Below the pieces are notes generated by a model that was not told the DNA's origin, made no database searches, and saw nothing but the letters and a program-made list of their open reading frames with translations. This document shows, one piece after another, positions 10,989 to 22,522 of a stretch of DNA of 64,000 bases; position 1 is the stretch's first letter, and each line of letters starts with the position of its first letter. The position numbers and the translations under genes were made by a program. Source of the stretch: Rebecca billardiae RCC1528 (Eukaryota; Protista; Haptophyta); assembly GCA_965240325.2 (NCBI GenBank), contig OZ251234.1:1984001-2048000 (forward strand), read 5' to 3'.

Positions 10989-13900
10989 TTGACCTTGCGT
11001 ACGCAAACAATATTTTAACTGCCTGGTACCTATGATGCGGCAGGCGCGCATACTTGGACTCGGCCGCCGACTCGGTATTCATGAGCGGCACCCAGCCTAG
11101 GGTGGTCGGCGCGTCGCTGCTCGCAAAGTGCCCACCCAAGTAGACGCCCCAGCCCGCCCCAAGCTCGGCCACTGCCATGCCACCGCGTGGCGAGCGCAAC
11201 CGGTGCGCTCTGGGCTGACCAAGCCCGCAACGGCCGGGAGCGCGCGGACGCCGCGCCACCGCGTCTGCCTGCCGTCGCGGTTGGATTGAGCACGGACCGT
11301 AGCACGAAGGCACGTGGCGTGCCAGCGCGCTGCCAGCCCACCAGCGCTCTCTGTTGCACGTACGCGCACAACGCACGGCTTGGCCGGGCGGCCGGGGGCC
11401 GCGGGGCGGAATCCAGCGGGCCAGCGCCGCCATCGTCTTGGGCGCGCGCCTTCGGCTTGTCAGACAAACCCACGGTGGGGCCGCAAGAGTCCGGAAGGCG
11501 CAGACGGCTCCCGGAACACACACCTGCCTAAGGAAGGTGTGTGTTCCGGGAGTAGCTGAATAGGCGTGGCGCGTGCGCGGGCGGCGCCGGACGCCCAGCC
11601 GCAAACGGCGGATGGCGTTCACTGGCGACGCGAGGCGGCGATGGCCCGCCTGCGCAACGCGCCCAAGGCCGCATACGAGCTTGACAGGCGTGCGCGGGCG
11701 CCTCGTGGTGGCGAGAAGACCCGATGGCAGCAATCGCGCCGCCTTGTCCCACGCCCTCGCCGCCCGATTTGCGCGCAGAGACCTGCTGACTGGGACGCGC
11801 GGCTCCTCAGCCAGTGCGGCCTGGCCGACAAGCAATGACCGGGGCCGGCGTGGAGGTATTCAACGGTCGTTTTTTCGCTTCTCTGCGTGAGCCTGAGAGT
11901 GATGAACATCACTACTGCGCCTTGAGCCATGCTGGTGTCGGTCAGGCCGCACGCACGCGCGTGACAGCCAGCAACCGGTTCAGTCATTACAGCCCTGGCG
12001 TGTCGGTCGGCGCCGCCGGCACGCCGCGTCGCACAGTTCGGGGATGTGTACGCATCCGGAGCTTCGATCAACTTCTGAACTAGCACGTCCGTTGCGTCTC
12101 CTGATACCTTGCCCGTGCGGTCTGCTTCGTCGCTCACTGTGTCTCGACCTCTCTGTGACTACCGCGCCCAGCCGGCGGAGCCGATGCAGGCCCCGAGCCT
12201 GACCGGGCCATCTTCGTGCAGCAGTGGACACCTTCCTGCTCCACATCAGACCACACCACGCCATCAGCGGGGATGTGCACGAGCCTGCAGATGATCGCTC
12301 ACATGTCGAGCGCACTGTCTACGCAGCAGGTGCCCGAGAACGTGCCATGCGGTAACATGTGCATTTGAGCTGTTCGAACAATATGCTCAACAAGCAACAA
12401 AACCGCTCATCTCCGCTGAGTATGCGCGGCGATCGTCGCGCGCGGGGGCTCGCCGACGCGCCAACACATAGGCCCATCGGGCAGAGGCCGTGGCTCGTCT
12501 TAATTGGGCCTCTGGCACGCGCGCGCGCGCGCGCTCGCGCGGCGGGCACGCCTCGTGGGCGTGTCCCGTCGAAAGTAACAGGGCCCTGCGCGCGGCGAGG
12601 GCGGCGAGGTCGGGTGGGAGCGCGCGCGATTGAGGCCCACAGGTGTCCTGAGCCGCGCCGACCTCGCGCGCGCACCCGCAGTGGCCGTGGGTGGGCGTCC
12701 GAGCGCGCCGCGTGAGGCCGCCATCGCGCCGTGCCCGCGCGGGGCCGCCCAGCGTGGGTTTGTCTGACAAGCCTTCGGCGATGATGCTGTTCGGGCCTTT
12801 CCGCGGTAGGAAAGCGCGCCAAATAAAAGGGCCAAATTATTTAAAAATATCTTCGCCTCGGGCCGGCGGGGCCCCGGGCTTGGGACGTGAACCCCCGAAC
12901 CGGTCCGGAGGGATTGCACCTCCCGGCTTGCAAACCAAAGGCCGAACAGCCCGAACTCCCTCAAGAGCGTGCATCGAGGCTGCAGTAGACACGTGGCGCA
13001 CTCGCTCCGGCACGATCCCGTGGCCGGATCCCACCTTCGGCGCTCGCACAGCCTGCTGTTGACTGGCGTAGCCACATCTGTTGGCAAGCCGGAGCGCTCG
13101 AGGAGTTGCACGCGCGGGCACGGGCGTCGCAGCCTACGGAACAGGTGCGTGCCATCGCTTCGTCGTCGTGGAGGGGATCCTTTACGATGTCGTAGACAGC
13201 TGTGAGCGACGACGGAGGCGACTTTGACACACTGTGTGGTAGCAACAATGCCGCCAGCCACGGGTGCGTCGCGCGAACCGAGTAGGCGCAAAAGTACAAG
13301 TAGGCGGTCAACTCAGCGAGCGCGCACGCGTGGCAGGCTGTGCTGGGCGGACAGGTCGTGTGCCAACCGTGTGAACGTGCGCAATACGCCCGCCGTGATG
13401 TCTTTCTAGATTGCGCCCCTCGCGCGACCTCGCCTGGTGGTGCGAGCTGGCACCTCCCGGGACCTGAGGACCCGGAGGACGCATCCGGCATTCACTCAGG
13501 CCGGTCCCATTGGTGATCCTCAACAGCCGTGCGCATGATCAAGGCAGTGGCTAGTTTGGCTCGAGGCGCGTGCCATGACTTCGAGAACATCGCATGCGAT
13601 GGCACGCGCAGCTTTGGCGTCGTCGGGAGCGACGTCATCGCATCCCTCAGCAAGACGACACGCAGGCAGCGTGCCCAACACGAACGGCAAGCATGCACGA
13701 GGACGTGTTGATGGCGCTTTACTGACTTGATGAACGATGCGCGCGTACACGTATGATGTACGCCGGGTATGGTGGCTACGTGGATCGCCAACCTTTCGCC
13801 TCCTCTGGTAGGGCATGGGCTGCCGCGCCGTTCTCGACCGCCGCTGGCCGGCCCGTGCGTGCGACCGAGCGCATTGGCGAGGTGAAGGCGCGGGAGGGGG

Positions 13901-14131
13901 CGAGTGAGCGGCTGCGCGAAGGCGCACGATGCTACTGGGTGCGGAGCACCCCTCCGCCAGCTCCGCGCGCGTTCATGCGGGCCGCCGCGTGCGCCCAAAG
14001 ACGGCGGGTCGCCCAGTGGCGGCGCACGCGGCACGATGGCGGACGTCCGCCGGACTTCCGCGCTTCCTAATCAGGATCCGACAGGGATCCAATTCGTTAC
14101 CTTTTAAAAAAAAATACACTGTACTTGATTG

Positions 14132-16045
14132 ATGAACTTGATACTACCCTCATCAGCGAGCATAATGAGGTCCACGCCGCCTCCGCGTCTCCTTCCCCGC
14201 CTGAGCGCAATGCACCTGCTTGCGGCGTTGGTGAGCATCGTGTGTGCGGTGGCCACTCCGCCGCTGCCACGTGATGGCCAGCTTCGAGTGGCCGTGAGCG
14301 AGCTCTTTCGGGATATCTTCAGCGACAAGCGTGCATGCGTGCCCGACGTCGGCCGAGCACCTTGGCTCACCTGGCCCGAGCTTGCTGGGACGTGGCACTC
14401 ACCCACCTCGAAAGCGACTCCATCCACGGCGGGAGACGCGTCATCCATTGGGACGCTGCTCCCAACGATGCATGCTCTCAACGCCACGATCCTCTCTGCT
14501 GCTCACCTGTACGACCCGCGGCGACGGCGGTGCTCCGGTGATGCTCGTGTGGTGAGCGCAGAAGCAGCACCACCTGGCTTCTGCGTGAATGGCATGTTCC
14601 CTGAGCAGCCCGGCGCAGCCGGCCACCGGTTTGAGCAGTATGAGTCCGAACGGCATGTGCTCTCGCGCTGGCTGCAGCGCACTGACCTGGTCTGTGGTGC
14701 GGGCGCGCAGAGTGTCTCTGCAATGCGCCGGCAGGCCTCAGCTGAAGGGCCCAAGTGGTGTGATGCTGATGTGGTGCTGGTGCCCTCCCTCGCCTTGCAC
14801 TACCACTCCATGGCCAACGCACAACACTTTAATGGGTGGAACCGCTGCCTAGTCCGCTCTCTTTTCGAGCGGTACTGGCTAGGCATCCACGATCTGTACT
14901 ACCGCCAGCAACGTGGGCCAGGCCTCCACAGGCTGGTCGCAGTGGTTGCACCTCACTCATGGCAGAGCCAGGCACAGCTGCACAACCTGCGCACGATGGC
15001 AGTGCTGCCCGATCGGATGCGGGCGAGGCTGGTGGTTGGAACTGCGTTGAGCTCCATGGCAAATGCTGACTCTGCAATCCTGGACCCACACAGCCGCTAT
15101 GGTTGGCGTGACAATGCAGAGGAGGAGCTCGCAAGGAGAGAGTCGCTGCTGAGAGATGCAGCCATGCATGGTGGAGAGAAGCTGGTCGCTTTCGGCGGCG
15201 GGCCGCTTTTCGTCACGCTGCCTTACACTGTGGGAGTGGCACACCCAGTGGACTGGACGACCAGGCAGGGCAGCTTTGACCCTGTCCAAGGCAGCCACAT
15301 GCGACGACCAATTGCGCTCTTGTACGATGCCAACGCAAAGTGCAGTGGCAAGGGACGCTTTTTGAACAAGCAACGCGTGAGGCCACTGCTCGAGGCAGCG
15401 CTCAGGCGCAGCAAGGTCATGGCTGCGTGCAATCGCAGTGCTGACACGCACGCGTCTGCGTTGGCTGTCTGTGCGCGAGCTGGCTCGAACGATTGCTGCT
15501 CATTCAGAGCCCCAATGTATGAAGCCCTGGCACGCTCTACTTTTGCTATCGAGCCCCCTGGAGACACACCCGAGCGTTCGCATGCATATGCTGCCGCTGT
15601 GGCAGGCGCCCTGCCAGTGCTGATCGAAGGTGGGCACCGCTCCTACAACCAGTCAAGGCCAACTGCTTGGGCATGGCGTGCAGCTGAAGGCGCACTTCAC
15701 AAGAGCACTGCCAATCAGGTCAAGCAGACGAATGCACCAACCACAGTCAGCCTGGACTATTCTCGCTTCAGCGTGCTTCTGAGTGCGGCTGAGGTCGAAG
15801 CAGACGAGTCTGGGACTTGGGTGCATGCTCTCCTCAAGCTCAGCAAGGACTCTGCAAAGCTGGCAAGCATGCAAGCTGAGCTGCAGCGTGCCATGCCCTT
15901 CTTCACATATCTTCCTCATGACTGTCCTGCTGGTGCAGAGCATCATGCTCTAGCTGGCTCATCCCACCTGCCTGTCTGTGATGCAGTCTCTGCCTTCGAT
16001 GCTGTGGTGGCACGTGCTTGGGCAGCAAGCTCTCAGCTTGCGTAA
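14132..16045 (+). CDS. Exostosin/GT47-like glycosyltransferase, intronless; true start may be a downstream Met
   Basis: About 637-aa ORF with a hydrophobic signal (MHLLAALVSIVCAVA), ADVVLVP, LPY, and the GT47 motif MYEALARSTFAIEPPGDTPERSHAYAAAVAGALPVLI. Confidence 0.75.
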   Translation: MNLILPSSASIMRSTPPPRLLPRLSAMHLLAALVSIVCAVATPPLPRDGQLRVAVSELFRDIFSDKRACVPDVGRAPWLTWPELAGTWHSPTSKATPSTAGDASSIGTLLPTMHALNATILSAAHLYDPRRRRCSGDARVVSAEAAPPGFCVNGMFPEQPGAAGHRFEQYESERHVLSRWLQRTDLVCGAGAQSVSAMRRQASAEGPKWCDADVVLVPSLALHYHSMANAQHFNGWNRCLVRSLFERYWLGIHDLYYRQQRGPGLHRLVAVVAPHSWQSQAQLHNLRTMAVLPDRMRARLVVGTALSSMANADSAILDPHSRYGWRDNAEEELARRESLLRDAAMHGGEKLVAFGGGPLFVTLPYTVGVAHPVDWTTRQGSFDPVQGSHMRRPIALLYDANAKCSGKGRFLNKQRVRPLLEAALRRSKVMAACNRSADTHASALAVCARAGSNDCCSFRAPMYEALARSTFAIEPPGDTPERSHAYAAAVAGALPVLIEGGHRSYNQSRPTAWAWRAAEGALHKSTANQVKQTNAPTTVSLDYSRFSVLLSAAEVEADESGTWVHALLKLSKDSAKLASMQAELQRAMPFFTYLPHDCPAGAEHHALAGSSHLPVCDAVSAFDAVVARAWAASSQLA

Positions 16046-16265
16046 CTAGCCCTCTATCTACTGCTGAGTACTGACAGACACTACTGACGTTGCGTTGCCA
16101 ACAGCACAAGTTGCACGGCACCTGGCTCTGTGAGTTACCCACTGCGACCGGACTGATTCATTATAATGATGATTTAATTATTATAATATAATTATAACTG
16201 TGACACAGGTCGTATGACGGAGCAGGCGGCGGCGGAGCAGCAGCCTCTGCTCCGCCTGACTTCCG

Positions 16266-16950
16266 GGCTCCGGCTTAATCATCACGGTTGACCCCCTAAC
16301 TAAGTCCGATCACCGCACTGCAGGCCGGAGCGTAGTACGTCCCGGGGGACGCCCACGCCGCTGCAGCTTAGTTAGAAAGCGGTGCCCCTGGCTGATGAAT
16401 TCATGCAGTCCAGTGATCCCGCAGGCCTATGATCCGAGTGATCAGTTCCGAAGTCTTCAGCTTGCGACATTTCTAGTCGTTAATTGATGAAGCGTCATCA
16501 ATCGGGGGTCGGAAGGGACTCTGCTGATATGCGGCATGGTCCGCTTGGTTGACTTCGCCTTCGGCTCGGGGCCAAGTGACGTTAAACTTATAAACGGACC
16601 GCCGCTGCCGGGCCGGGGCCGGGGGCCGGGGGCGGGCGGGGTGCCAGCCAGCCGGCCAGCCAGAGACAAGTTTACTGGCAGCAATATACTCGTTTCGACG
16701 CCGACGGCGACGGTCAGTTGAGTGACTAGTGTGAGTCAAGTGACGGAAGACCGAAGAGGCAAGACAGCAGCGGAGCAGCCCGTCAATCGCCATCGGCCAT
16801 CGGGGGGCGGATGAAGGGACTCTGCTGCATGGTCCGCTTGGTTGACTTCGGCTCGGGGCCAAGGCGTAACGGAGCTGGGGGGGCTTGGACCAGAGCCGGA
16901 GCCACGTCAAGGCGTAACGGAGCTGGGGGGCTTGGGCCAGAGCCGGAGCC
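16266..16950. mobile_element. Non-autonomous MITE-like element, copy 1, internally duplicated
   Basis: Core AAGGGACTCTGCTG...CATGGTCCGCTTGGTTGACTTCG...GCTCGGGGCCAAG occurs twice (about 16512 and 16814). Ends GGCTCCGGCT... and ...AGCCGGAGCC are inverted. Homologous to 23953-24695. Confidence 0.5.
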
Positions 16951-17110
16951 ACGTTCGCGGTTGACGAATGACGCAGCGTGACTGGCCCGGGCACGGCCCA
17001 TGGCCCACCGCGCGGCGGCCGGTGTGCGTGCGTGCGATGGCGAGGCTCCCGCCACAGCGTGCAGCGCGCGGCGAGCCGGCTGCGGCCCAGCCGCCCGCGC
17101 GCGGGCCGCG

Positions 17111-18154
17111 TCAGTAGCCCGGGCGGATGAACAGCCCCTTTACCCGGAAGTCCTCCGTCCTGCCCTCGGCGAAGATGCCCCTCGGCACCGACGAGCCGTT
17201 ATTCCCCATCCGCACCGGCTCACCGGACGGCGTGGTGCGCGGCAGCGGCGCGCTCTCCGAGGGCTTCCACTCGGCGTGCGCGAGGCTGAGCGTGCTCGCG
17301 TTCTTAATCGACGGGTGCACCGGCGGCACGATCGGCGGCGCGGGCGCGAAGATCCCGCCCTCAACCGACGGCGTGTTGGTCGACTTCTCCGGCACCCGCC
17401 GCGGCACAACCGTCTCCTCTGCGTCGCCGAGCGCGTACGGCGCCGGCTTGTTGAAGAGCACGTCGTCGTACGTGCGCTTGCCCTCGCGCGGCCGCTCGCC
17501 GTGCTTCACGGACATCTTGGTGACGAAGTCCTCGCCCGCCAGCGGGCCGAGCGCCTCGCCGCTCGTCATCGCCTCCACGAATTTGGACCAGACGACCACA
17601 GGCTCGCCCAGCTCGCCGCCGTCGCTCGAGAACAGGTCGAAGAGCAGGCCAATGTCCTGCCATTGGGGCGCGCGCACGGAGTGGGCGTTGGCCGGGCGCG
17701 CGTGGGCGCGTGCCGCACGCGCGCCGTCGGGTAGGGGCGCGGCGCGCGCACCTCCTGCGTGAGCTCCGCGCCGAGCCGTTCAAAGGACATGCACCACTGC
17801 TTGAACGTGAGCGAGCCCTTGTCGCCGACGTCGCCGAACTTGAGCGCGCGGCGGAGGCACGAGGCGTTGCCTTCATTTCTCGCCGACTTGTTCTCGAGGC
17901 GCGCGTTCAGGTGCTTCTTCAGCACGCCGAGCCGCTCGGCGGTTTGCGCGGGGTCGAGCCCGTCCTGCTCCGAGCACGCCGGGTGTGCGCGTGCGCCGAG
18001 GGGCGGAGCGGAGAGCGTGGCGTCAAGCAGGGTGCGTGTGACGCGCGGGGTGGTGGTGGCGCTGAGAGGCCGTGCCGAGCGCGCACGGCGCGCCTCTTCC
18101 CGTCCGGGCGCGCACCTGGCCCTTGCGGCCGGGCAGGCCCATGGGCGTAGACAT
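17111..18154 (-). CDS. EF-hand-like protein, about 265 aa; exons 18154-18116, 17964-17752, 17656-17111
   Basis: GT-AG splicing gives a continuous frame containing LRRALKFGDVGDKGSLTFKQW...LTQE|DIGLLFDLFSSDG...VVWSKFVEAM, a degenerate EF-hand pair. Confidence 0.65.
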
Positions 18155-18373
18155 CGCTCCTGAAACCGCCTCTGTCGGGCGGGCCGTCGCGCAACCACCC
18201 AATGCTCGACGCTCATTGGTTGAGGCGGCCGCGCTTGACTCCTCCTACTGTTACCCCGGACTCTCGCCCTGGTCGCCTCGGTCCGGGTGGCAACGGCGCA
18301 TCACAAGCGCGGAGGAATGAATCGGTGGTGGCACGCTCGCCTGCCCAGGGTCCCACCTGCGAAGCCACGCGCG

Positions 18374-19418
18374 ATGGGTAATCTGTTCGCTAGCCTGTTC
18401 GGCTCGTCGGAGGAGTCGGCCGCACCGAGCGCCGGCGGGTGGAACAAGAACCAGTCGCAGGAGGAGTTCATGTACAAGGACGAGTGCATCCTCCTCGACA
18501 AGGACGACAATGTCATCGGGCACGCGAACAAGAAGATCTCACACGTCTTCTCGGGCGAGGCGCCGCGCGCGCTGCTGCACCGCGCCTTCTCGGTGTTCCT
18601 CTTCGACAACCAGGGGCGGCTGCTGCTGCAGAAGCGCGCCTCGACCAAAATCACCTTCCCCAACGTGTGGACCAACACGTGCTGCAGCCACCCGCTGTAC
18701 GGCTTCGAGCCGACAGAGGTTGACACACCCGCAGACGTCGCGGCGGGCACGGTGATGGGCGCGAAGCGCGCGGCGATCCGCAAGCTGGACCACGAGCTCG
18801 GCATCGATCCGAAGAGCCTGGACATCAACGCGTTCAAGTTCCTCACGCGGCTCCACTACTGGGCAGCCGACGTCGTCACGCACGGCACCGAGTCGCCGTG
18901 GGGCGAGCACGAGATCGACTACATCCTCTTCATCAAGGCGGACGGGCTGAAAGTGACGCCGCACCCCGAGGAGGTGGACGACTACAAGTACGTGACGTTG
19001 GCCGAGCTGCAGGTGCGCGCGCCGCCCCGCCCTCGCGCGCACGCGCGCGCGCACGCTGCCCCGTGCCGCGCGCGCGCGCGCGCATACGTGCTGACTGACG
19101 GCCTGCCCTCCTGCCCCGCCCGCGCTCCCCCTTGCCCCCGCCGGCCGGGCCTCGTCATCGCAGGAGATGATGAAGCCCGAGAGCGGGCTGCTGTGGTCGC
19201 CGTGGTTCCGGATCATCGTCGAGCGCTTCCTCGTCAAATGGTGGAAGGACCTGGACGAGACGCTCACGACGGACAAGTGGGTCGACCTGAAGGCGATCCA
19301 CCGGTTTGACCCGACCGCTGAGCACATGGGCGGCGCAGGCAAGGCGGGCGCGTGGCTCGACACCACGCCGGAGGCGAAGGTGAACGACGCGCTGAGCAAG
19401 CCGCCGGCGCCCAAGTGA
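18374..19418 (+). CDS. IDI1: Isopentenyl-diphosphate delta-isomerase type 1; exons 18374-19012, 19164-19418
   Basis: Hallmark motifs LLHRAFSVFLF, KITFPNVWTNTCCSHP, WGEHEIDYILF and SPWF; one 151-bp GT-AG intron. Confidence 0.96.
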
Positions 19419-19890
19419 GCACGCGCGCGGGCAAGGTGGCGCACGGCGCATGCGATGCCGACCGGTGTCAATGTGGCTGCGCGTGGCACCAACTATGTCT
19501 GCTGGTGTCTTCATCCGTGGGCGCGAGCTTCGACGACAGCGTCAAGCGTGGCAGCGGCGTACGCTCAACGACTCGCGTCGCAGCAGACCTTTCATTCATC
19601 GTCAACGGTGACAGCCGCAATCCTCTCAGCTATAGGCGGCTTCTGTTTGGCTCATCGCACCTGTTGAGCAGTCACCGCGACCAGGTACGCCTGATAATTT
19701 TGACGTTCATAACTTTGAACATAGCAGCACGATGCTGCATGGGAACCGACTCATGCTGGGAACAGTCAACAGACACAACGGGCGTACAGTCACTCTTCAA
19801 TCTGCTCATCAAGATCGATCTCAGATCCAGGGAGATACAAGTTGAAAGTATGCGCCGCGAGGCATTTGATTTTGGCACGCCGGCAGCAGA

Positions 19891-21470
19891 ATGGCCGGGC
19901 GGCCGCACATGCCGAGCCACGCCTCATGGGCTGCAGCGCTCGAGGCGAGCGCGCGTGCGCAGGTGGTGCAGCTGCACAAGGAAGGCGACGCGCACGCGCG
20001 TCGCGTCGAGGGGGAGCGCTGCCGACTCGACGCCCTCGATCGCGAGCTCGCGGCCACACAAAAGGTTATCGGTGAGAAGCGCGCGCGCTTGGCCAAGCTG
20101 CGCGCGACACGCGAGGCTGACGAGGCCGTCGAGCGCAAGTTGCGCGCCCTCGACGACAAGGTCGAGCTTGCGAATCGCAAGCGTGACGCGGCGGAGAGCG
20201 CGTGCAGGCAGCTCAAGGCGGTCGTAATCGCCAGCGGGCGCGAGAAGGACGAGCTCGACAAGATCAGCGCGCGGCTGCGTGCGGACGCGGACGCGGCGCG
20301 GCGCGCGGCCACAATCGCCGACGCGTCGGCGCACGCTGATGTGGAGGAATGCGACGAAATTGAGCGAACGAGCACGCAGCAGGCCCGCCAGCCCGAGCAC
20401 GCTGACGCCGTCGGGCCGGCAGCCGCAGACGCCGTCGGCCCGGCAGCGCCTCCGGCCGATGATGAGCTGCTGGCAGCGCTGCACGCACGCGCGCGCGTGC
20501 TGCGCGTGCACGCACACGCGCTTGGCCGAGAGCTGCCGCTGGGGAGCACGGACGTATGCATTGGTGAGCGTGCGGCCTCCGAGCCGGCTGGACTCTCCGC
20601 CGATGCTGCCCACGCTGGCGGTGCTGCCTCAGGCGCGCTCGAGCTGCTGGCCCGCGGCGCCGCCAACGCGTCATCTCTCGTGCGCGCCACCGCCCTGGAC
20701 GTCTCGCCCGGCGCAGAGGCGCGAGCCCACTCTGGCGGCGTTGACACCGGCGCTGACGATGACGACGACGACGAGCACGAGGTGGCATCGCCCGCGTGGC
20801 TGCGCCTGCGCGAGCTCGCGGACGCACGCGCGCGCGAGCACGAGGCACGCGGCCTGGAGGCTGAGGAGCGGCTCCGTTCGCTCGAGGTGCGCCGCGCCGC
20901 CGCTCGGTTGCCCTGCCGCACAGCCTCCCTGCCGCACAGCCGCGCGGTCGCACTGCCGCCCTGCGTCTCCTCGCCTCCGCCTGCCGCCCGATGGGGTCGG
21001 CGCGCTGCGCGTGCCTCGGCGTCGCCCTCACGACTCCTCCCAACACGCGCCCCACCACGGCCCGATCCCACCGCGCGCCGCAGGCGGGGCTCACGGCGCT
21101 CGCTGCGCAGCTGGCACAGCAGGGGCAGCAGCACCTTCCGCCCCCTGCCGCCCGGCCGATGGCGAGCGGAGGCGCCGCGCTAGCCGCGGCGTCAGCGCGC
21201 GGCGCGCTGCCAGCGGCCAAGAGGGCAGAGAGTGAGGGCGCGCAGCCAGAAGAGCCGTCTTCAGAGGCCACAGCTACTTTAATGACAGACGGCGTCGCGC
21301 CACGAGCAGGCGGGCCTCGCTCCTGCGCCTCGGTGGACTCCGCCGTGGCCGGCGGTGCGAGCGCCAGCGAGGAGCTCGAGTGCGCGATTGGCTCGGGGGC
21401 GCGGCAGATTCTCGACGCGCTCGGGCTGGTCGAGGCGCGCGCCAACGCGCTGCTCCCCGGCCCCGCCTAA
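19891..21470 (+). CDS. Hypothetical coiled-coil protein; exons 19891-20886, 21084-21470
   Basis: Heptad-rich N-terminal half; a GTGCGC...GCAG intron joins two ORFs in frame. Confidence 0.55.
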
Positions 21471-22132
21471 ATCGTCGGCTGTTAGGCGCGGGCGGCCGGT
21501 GGCCCCGCTAGCGACGGCTAGCGACGCGAGTAGGCCGAGCAGTATAGCGGCAGCGAACTCGTCGGCGAAAGACGCCGGCGTCTATTTAAGATTAATACCC
21601 TGGATGGAATCCATTATCCAATGCGGGATGGAAGTAACGACGACGAAGTTTAATAACTACACATAAACACAGTGCCGCGTCACGCGCGGTGCCGTCACCG
21701 TTATTGAATATACGGTTATTGATTGCCGACGGCGACGCCGACGGTCGTCATCTGTAGCCTGCTGTACCGTTGTCAACTCCGCCTGTCATCCGTTGTATAG
21801 GACCATCAGGACGATATGATCCGGCGCGGTACAGTAGTACTAGTATAGCAGCGTTACTAAGCAGTTAGTAGTCGTAGTCGTCTATAACCTTATTGCTAGT
21901 CTGAGTAGTCAGCGGGCGCGAAAGCCGCGCCAATAAAAGAAATATTAAATAAGCAGCGCAGTAGACTGTTCGGTGTTCCGGTTCGGCGCCCACTAAGTTT
22001 GCGACGACGCCTTATATTAGCTTAGGTCGTTAGGAGTTAGGATGTTTACCGGGGCTGGGTTATTCACACGCGACGGCGACAGTATACCCGGTGTCGTGCA
22101 GACAGATAGTAGTACTACTATTCACTACTAAT

Positions 22133-22230
22133 TTGGGCCGAACCTAGTCGCCCGCTCGGCGGCAAAGGTTCCGGAACCTTAGCGCGGGTAACTTTAGCCG
22201 AGCGGGCGAAAGCCGAAAGGTTCGGCCCAA
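22133..22230. repeat. About 100-bp nested hairpin (mini-MITE or structured RNA)
   Basis: TTGGGCCGAACCT/AGGTTCGGCCCAA and TCGCCCGCTCGGC/GCCGAGCGGGCGA pair up. A disrupted copy of the 3' arm lies at about 21910-22005. Confidence 0.7.
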
Positions 22231-22522
22231 GTTTACGACCGATTTACATTATTAACTTGACTAGCTTACATCAGTGTGTCATCAATTAATAAAAGCGACG
22301 ACACCTCAGTGCCTCAGCCAGTGGGAGTGAGTCCGCGCCGGTGTAGTGACGGATCCAGGCTGAGTCCTGAGAGGATCCTGGGACGGATGGGTGGAGGGGA
22401 TTTTCTTTTCTTTTCCTTTTCGCTTTTCTTTTATCCCGGAGTAAACTGTATCATCCGCCCGGAATAACGACGCACGCCAATGGCATCGGGAACGGAAGCA
22501 ACTTTGGAAGCAAGTCGGCGGG

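Noticed and set aside
12960-14070. Transposase or other gene
   Set aside because: Only short ORFs on both strands with no DDE, RT or integrase motif I can support.
16392-16430. Hammerhead ribozyme from CTGATGA
   Set aside because: No stem II followed by the GAAA core at this or the other CTGATGA sites checked.
16855-16950. tRNA-like head GGGGCCAAGGCGTAACGGAGC (SINE or tRNA)
   Set aside because: No anticodon arm, T-arm or B box; inverted ends fit a MITE better.
22017-22043. Interstitial telomeric TTAGG-like repeats
   Set aside because: Only 3-4 irregular units and no TTAGGG array.
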